From NCBI GenBank assembly GCA_965216565.1, contig OZ244170.1, forward strand, positions 3,744,001 through 3,808,000: a DNA stretch of 64,000 nt, given 5' to 3'. Positions within the stretch are counted from its first letter, which is position 1, and the number at the start of each line of letters is the position of its first letter. This document shows positions 20,255 through 30,890 of this stretch, in pieces. The translations under genes were made by a program, and so were the position numbers. The notes under the pieces are model-generated. The model saw only the letters and a list, made by a program, of their open reading frames with translations. It was not told the DNA's origin and did not search any database. This stretch comes from Bythopirellula sp. (lineage in GTDB: Bacteria; Planctomycetota; Planctomycetia; Pirellulales; Lacipirellulaceae).

Positions 20255-20653
20255 CCATAGTTCACACAAAACTTCGCCGCCCAAATTCTTCTGACGTGCT
20301 TCCCGATCGCTCACCACACCACGACTGGTGCTGATGACCGAAATTCCTAATCCATTGAGGATCGGACGCAACGCATTGGCGCGACTATAGACTCGACGAC
20401 CTGGTGTACTGACCCGCTTGATATGGCGGATCACGCGTTCGCCATTGGGGCCGTACTTGAGATCGATTAACAAATTCTTACCCGGACCATTCTGGGTTTC
20501 TTCTTCGTGCCAGTCCCAGATATAACCTTCTCGCTTCAACACCTCGGCCAATCCGCGCTTTACCTTGGAATGGGGCACATGCACAATCGGACGTTCAATG
20601 CGAACGGCATTGCGGATGCGTGTGAGCATGTCGGCTATTGGGTCGGTCATCAT
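20252..20653 (-). CDS. rpsH: 30S ribosomal protein S8
   Basis: MTDPIADMLTRIRNA, STSRGV..D.EAR..NLGGE. Confidence 0.98.
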   Translation of the reverse strand: MMTDPIADMLTRIRNAVRIERPIVHVPHSKVKRGLAEVLKREGYIWDWHEEETQNGPGKNLLIDLKYGPNGERVIRHIKRVSTPGRRVYSRANALRPILNGLGISVISTSRGVVSDREARQKNLGGEVLCELW

Positions 20654-20702
20654 AGTGGTTGGGTCCCTCTTGAGGGTCTTAACTTTACTCTTACTGAAGC
20701 AA

Positions 20703-20888
20703 TTACCAGCTGGCTTTTCGAACGCCGGGAATCAATCCCTTATCGGCCAGGTTGCGGAAACAAATACGGCAAATACCAAACTTGCGATATACAGCGCGAG
20801 GCCTCCCGCAAAGCCGGCAGCGGCTTTCCGTCCGAGATGAATACTTCGGCTTTTGGTTAGCCTTCGCGATTTTCGATTTACTTGCCAC
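20703..20888 (-). CDS. rpsN: 30S ribosomal protein S14 type Z (zinc-binding)
   Basis: [30 protein letters not shown] start. Confidence 0.96.
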   Translation of the reverse strand: MASKSKIAKANQKPKYSSRTESRCRLCGRPRAVYRKFGICRICFRNLADKGLIPGVRKASW

Positions 20889-20914
20889 GGAGGGTAAGTC
20901 CTTTCTCAAAAACT

Positions 20915-21472
20915 CTATTTAGGCGTGTCTTCTGTGCGGAAAGGCATGCCGAGTCCTCGCAGCAATTCGCGAGACTCGTCATCGGAATCTGTCGAGCAAC
21001 AGATCGCGATGTTCATACCTTGTACGCGTGTGTATTTGTCTGGATTTAGCTCCGGGAACACCAACTGTTCGTTGAGCCCCAAGCTGTAGTTGCCACGACG
21101 ATCAAACGCCTTCGGATTCAAACCGCGAAAGTCTCTCACCCGTGGCAAAGCCAAGGAAATCAATCGATCCAGGAATTCGTACATCCGGTCGCCCCGCAGT
21201 GTTACCTTGCAACCGATGGGTACGCCTTCGCGTAGCTTAAACGCGGCAACCGACTTTCGAGCCTTACAAACCTGCGGCTTTTGACCGGTGATTTCTGTCA
21301 TCGCCGACAGCGAATCTTCAATGTGCTTCTTGTCTGTAATCGCACTACCGACACCCATGCTGACAACAATCTTCTCCAGCTTGGGAAGCGACAGACGATT
21401 CTTGCGATTCAACGAACTCGAAAGCTCGGGCAAGATCTCTTTTTCGTATTTTTCTTTAAGTCGCGGGGTCAT
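20915..21472 (-). CDS. rplE: 50S ribosomal protein L5
   Basis: [31 protein letters not shown]. Confidence 0.98.
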   Translation of the reverse strand: MTPRLKEKYEKEILPELSSSLNRKNRLSLPKLEKIVVSMGVGSAITDKKHIEDSLSAMTEITGQKPQVCKARKSVAAFKLREGVPIGCKVTLRGDRMYEFLDRLISLALPRVRDFRGLNPKAFDRRGNYSLGLNEQLVFPELNPDKYTRVQGMNIAICCSTDSDDESRELLRGLGMPFRTEDTPK

Positions 21473-21475
21473 TGT

Positions 21476-21572
21476 TCAGGCTGTAGGCTGGGGGCTTCGA
21501 GTATTTGGTTTTAGGTTATCTCTGATTTTTCTTTGCTTGAAGCCTCAATGTCTCGAAGCCTCAAGCCTCCTG
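21476..21572. repeat. Degenerate inverted AGGCT/AGCCT array
   Basis: tcaggctgtaggctgggggcttcgag ... gaagcctcaatgtctcgaagcctcaagcctc. Confidence 0.6.
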
Positions 21573-21574
21573 CT

Positions 21575-21922
21575 TTACTTCTTCGCGTAGGCTTTGTGAG
21601 CTGGTGCAATTTCGCCAGCGTTCGCGCCGCATTTCTTGCAGAATCGCTCTTTCGCACCCTCAGCCGAGTACCGAGCACCCAACCGCGTTCTGGCATTGCA
21701 CGACTGACACACATACATGACGTTCGAAAGCTGGATCGGCATTTCTTTGCTCAGCCGGCCCCCTTGCGGATGCTTTTGGCTGCGGCGCACGTGTTTGTAA
21801 ACACGATTGACGTTTTCCACCAACGCCTTCTTGGTAGCTCGATCTATTTGGATTACGCGACTTTGCGTACCCCGATCGGCACCTGTTACCACTTCGACCG
21901 TGTCTCCTGTCCGAATCAACAT
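21575..21922 (-). CDS. rplX: 50S ribosomal protein L24
   Basis: IRTGDTVEVVTGADRG, E.PIQLSNV. Confidence 0.96.
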   Translation of the reverse strand: MLIRTGDTVEVVTGADRGTQSRVIQIDRATKKALVENVNRVYKHVRRSQKHPQGGRLSKEMPIQLSNVMYVCQSCNARTRLGARYSAEGAKERFCKKCGANAGEIAPAHKAYAKK

Positions 21923-21924
21923 CT

Positions 21925-22293
21925 CTAAACCACCTCGTTGGCCAGACTGACGATCTTCATGAACTTGCGTTCACGCAGTTCGCGAGCAACAGCACCAAAA
22001 ATGCGCGTGCCGCGCGGGTTGTTATCTTTATCGATCAGCACAATGGCATTGGAATCGAAACGAACGTAGCTGCCGTCGTCGCGACGCGTGGGAGCCTTGG
22101 CTCGCACAATCACGCCTCGAACTACGGACTTCTTCTTCACGTCGCTGCCGGGGATTACACTCTTGACGCTGCAAATAATCACATCGCCAACGTGAGCAAA
22201 TCGACGTCGACTGCCACCCAATACCTTGATGCACATCACTTCCTTGGCGCCGGTATTGTCTGCGACGGCAAGGCGGCTTTGCATCTGAATCAT
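21925..22293 (-). CDS. rplN: 50S ribosomal protein L14
   Basis: [21 protein letters not shown]. Confidence 0.98.
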   Translation of the reverse strand: MIQMQSRLAVADNTGAKEVMCIKVLGGSRRRFAHVGDVIICSVKSVIPGSDVKKKSVVRGVIVRAKAPTRRDDGSYVRFDSNAIVLIDKDNNPRGTRIFGAVARELRERKFMKIVSLANEVV

Positions 22294-22424
22294 GGTCGTG
22301 CCTTTAAAAAATCTTTTACTTCATCCCCCGGCAGAGCCGAGGGCTATTACAAACTTTCTTATCCGAACCAATCGTTTTGCCACAGTCCACTCGCCGGGGC
22401 GAGCAATGCAAGGCAAAACACCAG

Positions 22425-22739
22425 CTATTCTTCACCGTCCGCCGTGCGTGCTTCTTCTTGCTTAGCGGCAGCTCGCATCGCTGCGATGTCTACTTGCTGG
22501 CTCTTCGCCACAACCCGCACCAAATCCCAACGCTTGGTCTTCGACTTAGGAGGGCATTCAATAATCTCAACCGTATCGCCCAATTTCGACTCTTCGCTTT
22601 CGTCGTGCACATGGCAGACGGTCTTGCTGCGGATGTACTTGCCGTACTTGGGATGCTTTACCTTACGGGCGATCTCCACCCGACGGCTTTTTTGCATCTT
22701 GTCGCTGGTAACTACACCAATGAGTTGTTTCTTGGGCAT
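22425..22739 (-). CDS. rpsQ: 30S ribosomal protein S17
   Basis: [25 protein letters not shown]. Confidence 0.97.
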   Translation of the reverse strand: MPKKQLIGVVTSDKMQKSRRVEIARKVKHPKYGKYIRSKTVCHVHDESEESKLGDTVEIIECPPKSKTKRWDLVRVVAKSQQVDIAAMRAAAKQEEARTADGEE

Positions 22740-22757
22740 GTGTGGGGCTTTCGGCTA

Positions 22758-22976
22758 TCAGCTGTCGGTTTTCGACGCACTGGCGGCTTTTTCTCTTTCC
22801 GTCTGAATGGTCTTCACTCGCGCCACGAGACGCCGTTGCTTCCGCAATTCGCTAGGAGCATCGAGGCGATCCGTTTGCGCTTGAATATGGAAACGAAAGA
22901 GATTCTCTTTCGCATCTTTCAACGTGAGCTCCAATTGCTCGTCGCTCATGTCTCTTAATTCGGTGGCTTTAATCAT
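22758..22976 (-). CDS. rpmC: 50S ribosomal protein L29
   Basis: KATELRDMS..L, RR.VARVKT. Confidence 0.95.
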   Translation of the reverse strand: MIKATELRDMSDEQLELTLKDAKENLFRFHIQAQTDRLDAPSELRKQRRLVARVKTIQTEREKAASASKTDS

Positions 22977-23043
22977 TGTGGCTCTCGGCTTTTGGCTTTC
23001 GGCTCGCTGTCACTTACTAGGTCACTGACAGCCAATCGCCCCT

Positions 23044-23454
23044 TTACTTTCTTTTCACCATACGAACCCGAACCGGCATTTTATGCGCGAGCCGAGCAAA
23101 GCAAATCTTGGCTGCGTCCTCGCTTACGCCAGAAATCTCGTAAAGTATGGTGCCAGGTCGGACAGTCGCGGCCCAAAAATCAGGCTCGCCCTTACCCTTA
23201 CCCATACGTGTTTCCAACGGGATCGACGTGATCGACTTGTGAGGGAAAATGCGGATATACAATTTTCCCTCGCCGCGGATGTATTGCTGGGCAGCAATAC
23301 GACCGGCTTCGATCGTGGCAGCGCTAATCCACCCGCCCTCTAGGGATTGCAATCCGAAATCGCCAAAAACGACTCGGTTGCCGCGGGTCGCGTTACCTCT
23401 TATACGACCTCTTTGGCTTTTTCGGTGCTTGACCCTCTTCGGCATCAACGCCAT
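23044..23454 (-). CDS. rplP: 50S ribosomal protein L16
   Basis: [24 protein letters not shown]. Confidence 0.97.
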   Translation of the reverse strand: MALMPKRVKHRKSQRGRIRGNATRGNRVVFGDFGLQSLEGGWISAATIEAGRIAAQQYIRGEGKLYIRIFPHKSITSIPLETRMGKGKGEPDFWAATVRPGTILYEISGVSEDAAKICFARLAHKMPVRVRMVKRK

Positions 23455-24088
23455 CGGTCTCGTCCTCGTACATACCTTGGTTAATCCAAACTTGGACGCC
23501 AATATGCCCTTGGGCAGTCTTGGCCTCCTCGAAACCGTAATCGATCTTTGCTCGCAATGTGCTCAGCGGAATCGATCCGGTAATTTGCTTCTCGCGGCGA
23601 GCCATTTCGGCACCACCCAATCGACCAGCCAACTGGATCTTGATGCCTTTGGCACCCGCCTCCATGGTGGACTCCATCGCACGCTTCATCGTGCGGCGGA
23701 AACTCGATCGTTTGGCCAACTGCTCGCCAATATCCTCGGCCACCAACTGCGCTTGCAGTTCAGGCCGCGAAACTTCTTCAATCTTGATGTTAATTCGCCG
23801 GCCCACTAAGGCCTGCAGCTCGTCCTGCAACTGTTCGACTTCCTGACCTTTACGGCCAATAATCACGCCTGGTCGAGCTGCATGCAGAATCACTTTGACT
23901 TCGTCACGGGTGCGTTCAATCTCTACCTTGGGGATGCCGGCAAACTTGTGCTTCTTGTGCACAAACTTGCGAATCTTCTGGTCTTCGACCAGCAACTCGG
24001 CAAACTCTTGCTTCGAAGCATACCACCGGCTCTTCCAGCCCAGCATAATGCCCGTGCGAAAACCAATTGGATTGACTTTTTGACCCAT
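23393..24088 (-). CDS. rpsC: 30S ribosomal protein S3
   Basis: [32 protein letters not shown]. Confidence 0.98.
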   Translation of the reverse strand: MGQKVNPIGFRTGIMLGWKSRWYASKQEFAELLVEDQKIRKFVHKKHKFAGIPKVEIERTRDEVKVILHAARPGVIIGRKGQEVEQLQDELQALVGRRINIKIEEVSRPELQAQLVAEDIGEQLAKRSSFRRTMKRAMESTMEAGAKGIKIQLAGRLGGAEMARREKQITGSIPLSTLRAKIDYGFEEAKTAQGHIGVQVWINQGMYEDETDGVDAEEGQAPKKPKRSYKR

Positions 24089-24090
24089 TG

Positions 24091-24176
24091 TTTAGCTTTC
24101 AGCTTTCAGCCCTCAGCTTTCAGCCCTCAGCCCCAACCATTGAAAGTTGATAACTGAATGCTGATCGCTAGCGGCT
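24091..24176. repeat. Inverted TCAGC/GCTGA heptamer array
   Basis: ttagctttcagctttcagccctcagctttcagccctcagc ... ttgaaagttgataactgaatgctgatcgct. Confidence 0.85.
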
Positions 24177-24177
24177 T

Positions 24178-24504
24178 CTACTCAATTGAAACCTTGATGT
24201 GTGAAAATCGTTTCTTGATGATGTGTGCCATGCCGCGGGCTCGAGGTCGAACTCGCTTGAACATGGGGCCACCATCCACTCGTGCGTCGACCACTCGCAG
24301 ACCGCCTAAATTAGGAGCCCGCTGATCCTCGGCGTTTCCTAATGCGCTTTTCAGCACTTTTTCCAACATCCGTGCACCGCGTTGCGGCTGGAATCGCAAA
24401 ATCGCCAACGCTTCGTCTACCCGCTTGCCGCGAATCAAGTCCGCGACGGGGCGCACCTTCGTGGCACTAATTCGGGCGTGTCGATGAACTGCTGTGTATG
24501 CCAT
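24178..24504 (-). CDS. rplV: 50S ribosomal protein L22
   Basis: RISATKVR.VADLIRGK, RPRARG. Confidence 0.97.
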   Translation of the reverse strand: MAYTAVHRHARISATKVRPVADLIRGKRVDEALAILRFQPQRGARMLEKVLKSALGNAEDQRAPNLGGLRVVDARVDGGPMFKRVRPRARGMAHIIKKRFSHIKVSIE

Positions 24505-24507
24505 GGT

Positions 24508-24581
24508 TTAGCTCTTAGCTTTCAGCCTTCAGTTTCAGCCCTCAGCAAATTTCGCTGAACGCCGACTGCTAACCGCTCACT
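24508..24581. repeat. Inverted TCAGC/GCTGA heptamer array
   Basis: ttagctcttagctttcagccttcagtttcagccctcagc ... gctgaacgccgactgctaaccgctcac. Confidence 0.8.
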
Positions 24582-24583
24582 TA

Positions 24584-24850
24584 CTATTTACTTTTGCCGC
24601 CGTGGCCGCGGAAATTCCGCGTTGGCGAAAACTCACCCAACTTGTGGCCGACCATATCTTCGGTGACAAACACCTTCTGATGAATCTTGCCGTTATGGAC
24701 CATAAATGTGTGGCCAACGAATTCAGGAATGATCGTGCAAGCACGAGCCCACGTCGTGATAGGCTCTTTGATCCCCTCGTCGTTTTGCTTATCGATCTTG
24801 GCGTAAAGCTTCGGATCGACGTAAGGGCCTTTTTTTACTGAACGTCCCAT
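24584..24850 (-). CDS. rpsS: 30S ribosomal protein S19
   Basis: [21 protein letters not shown]. Confidence 0.97.
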   Translation of the reverse strand: MGRSVKKGPYVDPKLYAKIDKQNDEGIKEPITTWARACTIIPEFVGHTFMVHNGKIHQKVFVTEDMVGHKLGEFSPTRNFRGHGGKSK

Positions 24851-24853
24851 GTG

Positions 24854-24938
24854 TTCGCTTTCAGCTTTCAGCAATTACCTTTCAGCTTGTTGCCTCAAGC
24901 TTATAAAGCTGATGGCTAACCGCTGACCGCTAACCGCT
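24854..24938. repeat. Inverted TCAGC/GCTGA heptamer array
   Basis: gctttcagctttcagcaattacctttcagc ... aagctgatggctaaccgctgaccgctaaccgct. Confidence 0.8.
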
Positions 24939-24942
24939 TCGA

Positions 24943-25806
24943 CTACTTCTTCACTAATTTCAATTGACCATAACGTTTGCTGCGTCGGCGACGTACGATC
25001 GCCTTGTTCGATGGCTTGCGACGCTTCCGCGTGGCACCACCCTTTGTTGGTTTACCTTGTGGCGTTACTGGGTGACGTCCGCCCTTGGTACGGCCTTCAC
25101 CACCACCGTGCGGATGATCGACTGGGTTCATTGCTGTACCGCGAACATGAGGCCGACGCCCCAACCATCGCTTGCGACCAGCTTTGCCCAATACCACCGC
25201 GCTGTGTTCGCCATTGCTCGTGGAACCCACCGTGGCACGACAAGCCGAGGGAACACGGCGAATTTCACCGCTAGGCAACGAAAGCTGCGCCCAATCGGCC
25301 TCGCGAGCCATCAGCGTGGCACTCGTGCCGGCACTTCGGCAGAGGACTCCGCCACGGCCAGCTCGCATCTCAATGTTGTGCACCGTGGTGCCCAATGGCA
25401 TCTTGGCCAACGGCAGGCAGTTACCCACCTTGGCCGGTGCCTCGGCACCGCTCATCACCTCGTCGCCCTGCTTCAGGCCGTCCGGGGCAATGATGTAACG
25501 CTTTTCGCCGTCGACGTAATAGAGCAAAGCAATGCGAGCCGAGCGGTTGGGGTCGTACTGAATTGAGTCGACCTTCGCTGCCACACCATCCTTGTTACGA
25601 CGGAAGTCGATCAGCCGGTAGCGACGCTTATGGCCACCGCCACGATGACGCACCGTGATTTTGCCCTGGTTATTGCGACCACCCTTTTTCGTGATCGGCC
25701 GCAGCAAGCTCTTTTCAGGCTTGGCACCGGGCGTCAACTCAGCGAAGTCGCTCACCGTGGCATTACGCCGTCCGGCTGAAGTCGGTTTGTATTTGCGAAT
25801 ACCCAT
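24943..25806 (-). CDS. rplB: 50S ribosomal protein L2
   Basis: [35 protein letters not shown]. Confidence 0.98.
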   Translation of the reverse strand: MGIRKYKPTSAGRRNATVSDFAELTPGAKPEKSLLRPITKKGGRNNQGKITVRHRGGGHKRRYRLIDFRRNKDGVAAKVDSIQYDPNRSARIALLYYVDGEKRYIIAPDGLKQGDEVMSGAEAPAKVGNCLPLAKMPLGTTVHNIEMRAGRGGVLCRSAGTSATLMAREADWAQLSLPSGEIRRVPSACRATVGSTSNGEHSAVVLGKAGRKRWLGRRPHVRGTAMNPVDHPHGGGEGRTKGGRHPVTPQGKPTKGGATRKRRKPSNKAIVRRRRSKRYGQLKLVKK

Positions 25807-25810
25807 GTGT

Positions 25811-25884
25811 GTTAGCCTTCAGTTTTCAACAACTAGCAATCAGCCATTTAAAAGCTGAATGCTGACAGCCGATCGCTGACAGCT
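25811..25884. repeat. Inverted TCAGC/GCTGA heptamer array
   Basis: gttagccttcag..caatcagcc ... aagctgaatgctgacagccgatcgctgacagct. Confidence 0.75.
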
Positions 25885-25888
25885 CCCT

Positions 25889-26203
25889 TTAAAACAATTC
25901 AATGCGATGTTCCGCGTCGAGCGTGACGATCGCCTTTTTCCAATCTTTAGTGCTGCCAAACTGCATCTTCGTACGACGCGGCTTGCCCTTGCGGTTTTGA
26001 ACATGCACCTTCAGCACCTTCACCTCAAACAACTCTTCCACAGCTCGCTTCACATCGCTCTTGGTGGCCAGGCGATTCACCTGGAACGCGTAGGCATTGC
26101 AACGCGTCGAGCGATGCATTCCTTTTTCCGTCACCAGCGGCTTCAGGACCACTTGATGCGGTTCGAGCGTGAGACTTGTTTTCTGTGGAATATGTCTGGG
26201 CAT
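25889..26203 (-). CDS. rplW: 50S ribosomal protein L23
   Basis: PLVTEK, ATK.DVK.AVE.LFEVKV, WKKAIVTL. Confidence 0.96.
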   Translation of the reverse strand: MPRHIPQKTSLTLEPHQVVLKPLVTEKGMHRSTRCNAYAFQVNRLATKSDVKRAVEELFEVKVLKVHVQNRKGKPRRTKMQFGSTKDWKKAIVTLDAEHRIELF

Positions 26204-26250
26204 GGCTTAAAGCCTATCTCTTACGAATCATCTCTTAAACTAATGGCGAA

Positions 26251-26916
26251 TCAGGACTCTTCCGATTCTGCTTTCTCACCGTTGGACTTGCCTGCTGCCT
26301 TACCCTTCAATGCGTCGAGCACCTCCGTGGTCACCAGCAGCCGCTTGGCCGACAATACATTCAAAGCATTCAAATCCGAGTCGGGGCTCACCGAAACACC
26401 GGAGATGTTTCGGGCACTCTTGTAAACGTTGGCGTTGTAGCCGGGTGTCGCAATCAGCAACGAATCGTTTCCACACCCCAATCGCTCGATGATTCCTACC
26501 ATGTCGCGTGTCTTGGGTGTTTCGAACTCCAACTTGTCGACCACCGTCAGTTCGTCATCGACAATCTTCGAAGCCACCGCCATCTGCATCGCCAACCGCA
26601 AGGCCTTGCGAGGCAAGCGATACGAGTAGTCTCGATTCCGCACGTTATGAATGTGTCCACCACCACGACGAATACCACTACGACGCGAGCCAGCACGGGC
26701 ATTACCAGTACCCTTCTGGCGGTACATCTTTTTGGTTGAGCCGGCACAAAAGCCTCGACTTTTGGTCAGGTGCGAACCTTGCCGATTGTTGGCTTGGTAC
26801 ATCACCACTGCATCGTGCAACAACTGCTTGTTGATGCGCGGAGCGAGGTCGGTTGGCTCAATGGTATAGGTGCCAACCTTTTTACCCTTCGCATCGTGTA
26901 CGGCTAGTTTTGGCAT
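26251..26916 (-). CDS. rplD: 50S ribosomal protein L4
   Basis: RQGSH.TK.R, RQKGTGNARAG. Confidence 0.97.
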   Translation of the reverse strand: MPKLAVHDAKGKKVGTYTIEPTDLAPRINKQLLHDAVVMYQANNRQGSHLTKSRGFCAGSTKKMYRQKGTGNARAGSRRSGIRRGGGHIHNVRNRDYSYRLPRKALRLAMQMAVASKIVDDELTVVDKLEFETPKTRDMVGIIERLGCGNDSLLIATPGYNANVYKSARNISGVSVSPDSDLNALNVLSAKRLLVTTEVLDALKGKAAGKSNGEKAESEES

Positions 26917-26920
26917 TTGG

Positions 26921-27008
26921 AAGCAATTAGCTTTCAGCATTCAGCTGTCAGCTATCCTCGTTCTTAAATTTCAACCCGGCGTCCGCTGACAGCTGATCGC
27001 TGAAAGCT
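26921..27008. repeat. Inverted TCAGC/GCTGA heptamer array
   Basis: aagcaattagctttcagcattcagctgtcagct ... cgctgacagctgatcgctgaaagct. Confidence 0.85.
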
Positions 27009-27010
27009 AC

Positions 27011-27712
27011 CTACAGTTTGTTAGTTTGTTGTACGACCACATACCCACCGTTGGGGCCAGGAACAGCACCGCGGATGAGCAATAAGTTGTTTTCGGCATC
27101 GATTCCAGCCAGCTTTTGATTGCGGACCGTGCATCTCTTGTTGCCATACTGGCCCGGCATCCGGATTCCCTTGAACAATCGACTCGGCGATGCGCTGCAG
27201 CCAGTGCCACCCATATGACGGTGACATTTCTTCACACCATGGGATGCACGCTGTCCGGCAAAGTTGTGTCGCTTCATCGCACCGGAAAAACCGCGACCCT
27301 TGCTGGTGGCCACTACGTCTACGGCCTTGATGCCCTCGAAGGCGTCGACCTTAACTTCGGAGCCAATTTCCAACTCTCCGGCACTTCCACGGACTTCGCG
27401 GACGAATCGCTTTGGTTCGCAACCGGCTTTCTCAACCGGCTCAACCCCGGCGGCACTCCGTTTTTTACTGCGCTTGCTATCGAGTTTGGCGACCTGCCCC
27501 CGCTGACTGCGACTGGCCAAGCGGCGCGGCTTATCGAGATAGCCCAATTGAACGGCTTCGTAGCCATCGCGTTCCGGGGTGCGAATCTGCAAGACGTTGC
27601 ATGGCCCCGCCTCGACGACGGTTACCGGCACGATCTTTCCTTCTTCGCTGAATATCTGCGTCATCCCGACCTTGCGGCCCAAAATACCGACGACGCTCGT
27701 GCCATCTGCCAT
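27011..27712 (-). CDS. rplC: 50S ribosomal protein L3
   Basis: GILGRKVGMTQIF, SKGRGFSG.MKRHNF, GAVPG; start taken at MADGT. Confidence 0.96.
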   Translation of the reverse strand: MADGTSVVGILGRKVGMTQIFSEEGKIVPVTVVEAGPCNVLQIRTPERDGYEAVQLGYLDKPRRLASRSQRGQVAKLDSKRSKKRSAAGVEPVEKAGCEPKRFVREVRGSAGELEIGSEVKVDAFEGIKAVDVVATSKGRGFSGAMKRHNFAGQRASHGVKKCHRHMGGTGCSASPSRLFKGIRMPGQYGNKRCTVRNQKLAGIDAENNLLLIRGAVPGPNGGYVVVQQTNKL

Positions 27713-27883
27713 AGTAACGATCCCCAATGAAACGCTTGCAACGCGGGAGACACTCGCCGTGGCGAGGCTTACCCACGCAACTTCCTATCATTTGATTTGT
27801 ATGTATCTCTGCTTGTGGTTAAAACCGCCGCATAAACGAATGAGCGGCAAGCCAAAAATACGCCTGGCTAGCACTTACGCGTA

Positions 27884-28207
27884 CTAACCGCTTGTTGCTT
27901 TAATCTTGATATCGACACCCGCAGGCAAACTCAACTTATTCAAGGCTTCGATCGTTTTGGCCGTTGCTTGAACAATGTCGATCAACCGCTTGTGAGTGCG
28001 GATCTCGAATTGGTGACGTGCCTTCTTGTCGACGTGAGGTCCCGAAAGCACCGTGTACCGTTCGATCCGGGTCGGCAGCGGAATGGGTCCGTGCACAACC
28101 GAGTTGGTCCGTTTGGCCGTGTCCACAATCTCTGCAGCGCTCTGATCAAGCACCGAGTGATCGTAGGCTTCCATACGGATTCGAATTACTTCCTTATCTG
28201 CTGCCAC
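27884..28207 (-). CDS. rpsJ: 30S ribosomal protein S10
   Basis: [37 protein letters not shown] start with GGAG SD. Confidence 0.97.
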   Translation of the reverse strand: MAADKEVIRIRMEAYDHSVLDQSAAEIVDTAKRTNSVVHGPIPLPTRIERYTVLSGPHVDKKARHQFEIRTHKRLIDIVQATAKTIEALNKLSLPAGVDIKIKATSG

Positions 28208-28300
28208 GTGATCGCTCGCTCCAGCACTGCTGGAATTCGTTGCTCGGGAACCAAATATCAAAGAACAAGGTTCGCCCCTGTAAACAGTGACGAATCGCAA

Positions 28301-28329
28301 ATTCTAAACCTCATCCCAAAGAGCGTCAA
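28301..28329 (-). promoter_or_regulatory. Sigma70 promoter of the S10 operon
   Basis: TTGACG-17nt-TAGAAT. Confidence 0.7.
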
Positions 28330-28560
28330 TGGCCCGAATTGTGAGTTCAGCCCGATTTTTCGAGTTTCGAGAGCAGGGCCCTTTTGCCAGTCCAAATCCC
28401 GCTCCGAATCAGTGCGTCTAACGGCAGAATGGGCAAACCCTACCGATCGTCCCAGCAGTCCAGGTTCGGCTCTCAATGCGACATGACTGGCACTTCCCAA
28501 CGGCTCCACTAGAATCAGCCCTAGGCGTTTCTCTTTCCATCTCTTACCCCGCGCATTCGT

Positions 28561-29337
28561 ATGAACAAGCCCGAATCGTCCCCCGCAACCGGCAACCGGC
28601 GCCAATTCGTCCTCGGGACCGCCGGGCTGGGGGCCGTCACCTGGGCTACCTTGGCTGCGGAAACCAGTGCCAAAGAGCATCCCGGCCACGCCCACCTCAT
28701 TGAGCCGGGCAGCACCGTCCTGCTGCAAGGGGACTCGATCACCGACACCAAGCGCGACCGCGCCACCGCGGACAAGCCCAATCATCAGCCGGCCCTGGGG
28801 AAAGGCTACGCTTGGCTTTCCGCTGCCCAATTGCTCGTCGCTCGGCCGGACGACGATTTGAAATTCTTCAACCGGGGCATCAGCGGCCACAAGGTTTTTC
28901 AATTGGCCGAGCGCTGGCAGGAAGATTGCCTCGACCTCAAGCCCGATGTGCTAAGCATCCTCATCGGCGTGAACGACATCTGGCACAAGCTCAGTGGCAA
29001 ATACGACGGCACCGTGGCCGTCTACGAGAAAGACTATCACGCTCTACTCAAACGGACTAAAGCAGCCCTGCCCGAGGTGAAACTTGTGGTTTGCGAGCCA
29101 TTCGTCCTTCGTTGCGGTGCGGTCGACGACAGTTGGTTCCCCGAGTTCGACGAATACCGCGCTGCCGCGAAGCGAGTCGCAGACGAAGCAGGCGCCGTTT
29201 TCGTACCGTTCCAAGCGATGTTCGATCGGGCGATAAACTACGCCCCGCCAGAACATTGGGCAAAAGATGGCGTGCATCCCACCTCACACGGAGCGGCACT
29301 CATGGCCAGCACCTGGGTTGATGCGGTCTCGGGGTAG
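28561..29337 (+). CDS. Tat-exported SGNH/GDSL hydrolase
   Basis: NRRQFV Tat motif; GDSITD, NRGISG, GVND, DGVHP blocks. Confidence 0.92.
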   Translation: MNKPESSPATGNRRQFVLGTAGLGAVTWATLAAETSAKEHPGHAHLIEPGSTVLLQGDSITDTKRDRATADKPNHQPALGKGYAWLSAAQLLVARPDDDLKFFNRGISGHKVFQLAERWQEDCLDLKPDVLSILIGVNDIWHKLSGKYDGTVAVYEKDYHALLKRTKAALPEVKLVVCEPFVLRCGAVDDSWFPEFDEYRAAAKRVADEAGAVFVPFQAMFDRAINYAPPEHWAKDGVHPTSHGAALMASTWVDAVSG

Positions 29338-29362
29338 TGGATAGAAGACAAGCTGCATTGCT

Positions 29363-29422
29363 GTAGCTGGATTCGCAAGAATTCAGCCAATCAACGCTCT
29401 GAATTCTTGCGAATCCAGCTAC
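29363..29422. repeat. GTAG-type REP palindrome between convergent genes
   Basis: gtagctggattcgcaagaattcag / ctgaattcttgcgaatccagctac, perfect 24-bp arms. Confidence 0.85.
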
Positions 29423-29450
29423 GGAAAACCTTAGATCCTCTTGCCGGCTG

Positions 29451-30890
29451 TCAGTTGTCAGTCTCTGGATTCTCGACTCTCAACTCTTGACTAGCAAGCT
29501 TCTGCAGCATCTCGTTCTTCTCGAGACGGAATTGATAGCTCTGATCACTAGGATCAAGCTGCACTGCCCGCCGCAAGTGAGGTTCGCCCCGGTCAAACTG
29601 CCAATCGCGGCAATAGGCACTTCCCAAATTGCAGTGAGCCCGCGCGTTGTGGGGAGCCGTCTCCAGGACGTTCTGCCACATGGCGATCGGATCGCAATAC
29701 AGTTCGTTGCGGCTCACCGTGAGTGCCACCAGCAGCGAGGCGGCGCTTACTACTGCCAGTGCCGGTGCCAATCGCCACGGCACCCAGCGATCCAGCACAT
29801 ACCAGCTCGCAAGCACCACCAAGGCGGTGATTGCTGCCAGTGCTAAGTACATTCGATGTTCAAAAGCACGATCTTCGATTGGCATGATGCTCGATGTCGG
29901 TGCCAAAACCAAGAAGAACGCCAGTCCCAGCATGGCAAGCCGTGGCCACTTGCTCCAAGCGAAACCGCAAGCACCAAGCAGACCTAAGACCAGCAGACCG
30001 GGCAGTGCTGCGTCGGCAAACTCATCGACCAACGGCCACCCGTAATCCAAACACTGACCCAAAGGCAGCACGGCAAGTTTTAAATAATGCAGAATCACCC
30101 CCGCCTGGGTCATCAGGTATTGCCAGGGAGTCACTTCTTCCAATTGAAAACCTGCCGACACTCGACCATCCGCCGAGGGCCCTCCGGCAAGCACAAGCCC
30201 CATCCAAATCACAACCGGGGCCATGGCCAGGTAGATTCCCCAACGCTTCTGCCAAACTTCTCGCCAACTACCGGCGAGGAAAGCTCGATCGTAAAGCAAT
30301 AGCACCAAGGGCGCGGTCACAATGATTTCCTTCGTCGCCACACCGAACCAAAAGCTCGATACCGCGAGCAAACACCAGGCAGGCCTTCTCGCAGAAACTC
30401 CCCGCAACACACAGTACAGGCACCCCAGATAGAAGAAGCTCACCAACGATTCCAAACGCTGAATAACGTAGGTGACACTCTCGGTCTGTAGCGGATGCAC
30501 TAACCAAAATAGTGCGATCGCAAACGCGAGTGGTCCGCTGCTACGCTGCAATCGAGCATCGACTCCTGGCAATCGAAGCGTGCGTCGCACCAAGTCGAAC
30601 AGCAGCAATCCTACGCTCAGATGGATCAACAAATTCACGACGTGATAACCAAATGGGTCGAGCCCGCCGATCTTGTAATTCAGCCAGAGCGACAGCCTTC
30701 CAATGTGCCGCCGCTGCAGTCCATGGGGAATCTCCTCTGCCGCAGGCCACAGCTGGCCGATTGTCTCGTTGCCAATGACGCAACCGTAGTCGTCAAGAAA
30801 GTACTGGCCACCGAAGCTATTGCCGTAAGCCAGCAGCGTGACCGCCACCAGGCCGAGCATGAAGATTCTGGTCTGTTTGCGCTCGCTCAT
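29451..30890 (-). CDS. TMTC-like GT-C membrane glycosyltransferase with C-terminal TPR
   Basis: FLDD first loop, YHVVNLLIH, VHPLQTESVTY..QR.E, KE, EHRMYL, TPR (NARAHCNLG); ATGA overlap with GT2. Confidence 0.82.
   Translation of the reverse strand: MSERKQTRIFMLGLVAVTLLAYGNSFGGQYFLDDYGCVIGNETIGQLWPAAEEIPHGLQRRHIGRLSLWLNYKIGGLDPFGYHVVNLLIHLSVGLLLFDLVRRTLRLPGVDARLQRSSGPLAFAIALFWLVHPLQTESVTYVIQRLESLVSFFYLGCLYCVLRGVSARRPAWCLLAVSSFWFGVATKEIIVTAPLVLLLYDRAFLAGSWREVWQKRWGIYLAMAPVVIWMGLVLAGGPSADGRVSAGFQLEEVTPWQYLMTQAGVILHYLKLAVLPLGQCLDYGWPLVDEFADAALPGLLVLGLLGACGFAWSKWPRLAMLGLAFFLVLAPTSSIMPIEDRAFEHRMYLALAAITALVVLASWYVLDRWVPWRLAPALAVVSAASLLVALTVSRNELYCDPIAMWQNVLETAPHNARAHCNLGSAYCRDWQFDRGEPHLRRAVQLDPSDQSYQFRLEKNEMLQKLASQELRVENPETDN

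Noticed and set aside
22325..22344. CCCCCGGCAGAGCCGAGGG hairpin resembling IS200/IS605-type ends
   Set aside because: Single short imperfect hairpin with no transposase or second end.
19551..27008. Repeat arrays as a CRISPR locus
   Set aside because: Units are 7-9 nt tandem with no 23-47 nt repeats, no unique spacers and no cas genes.
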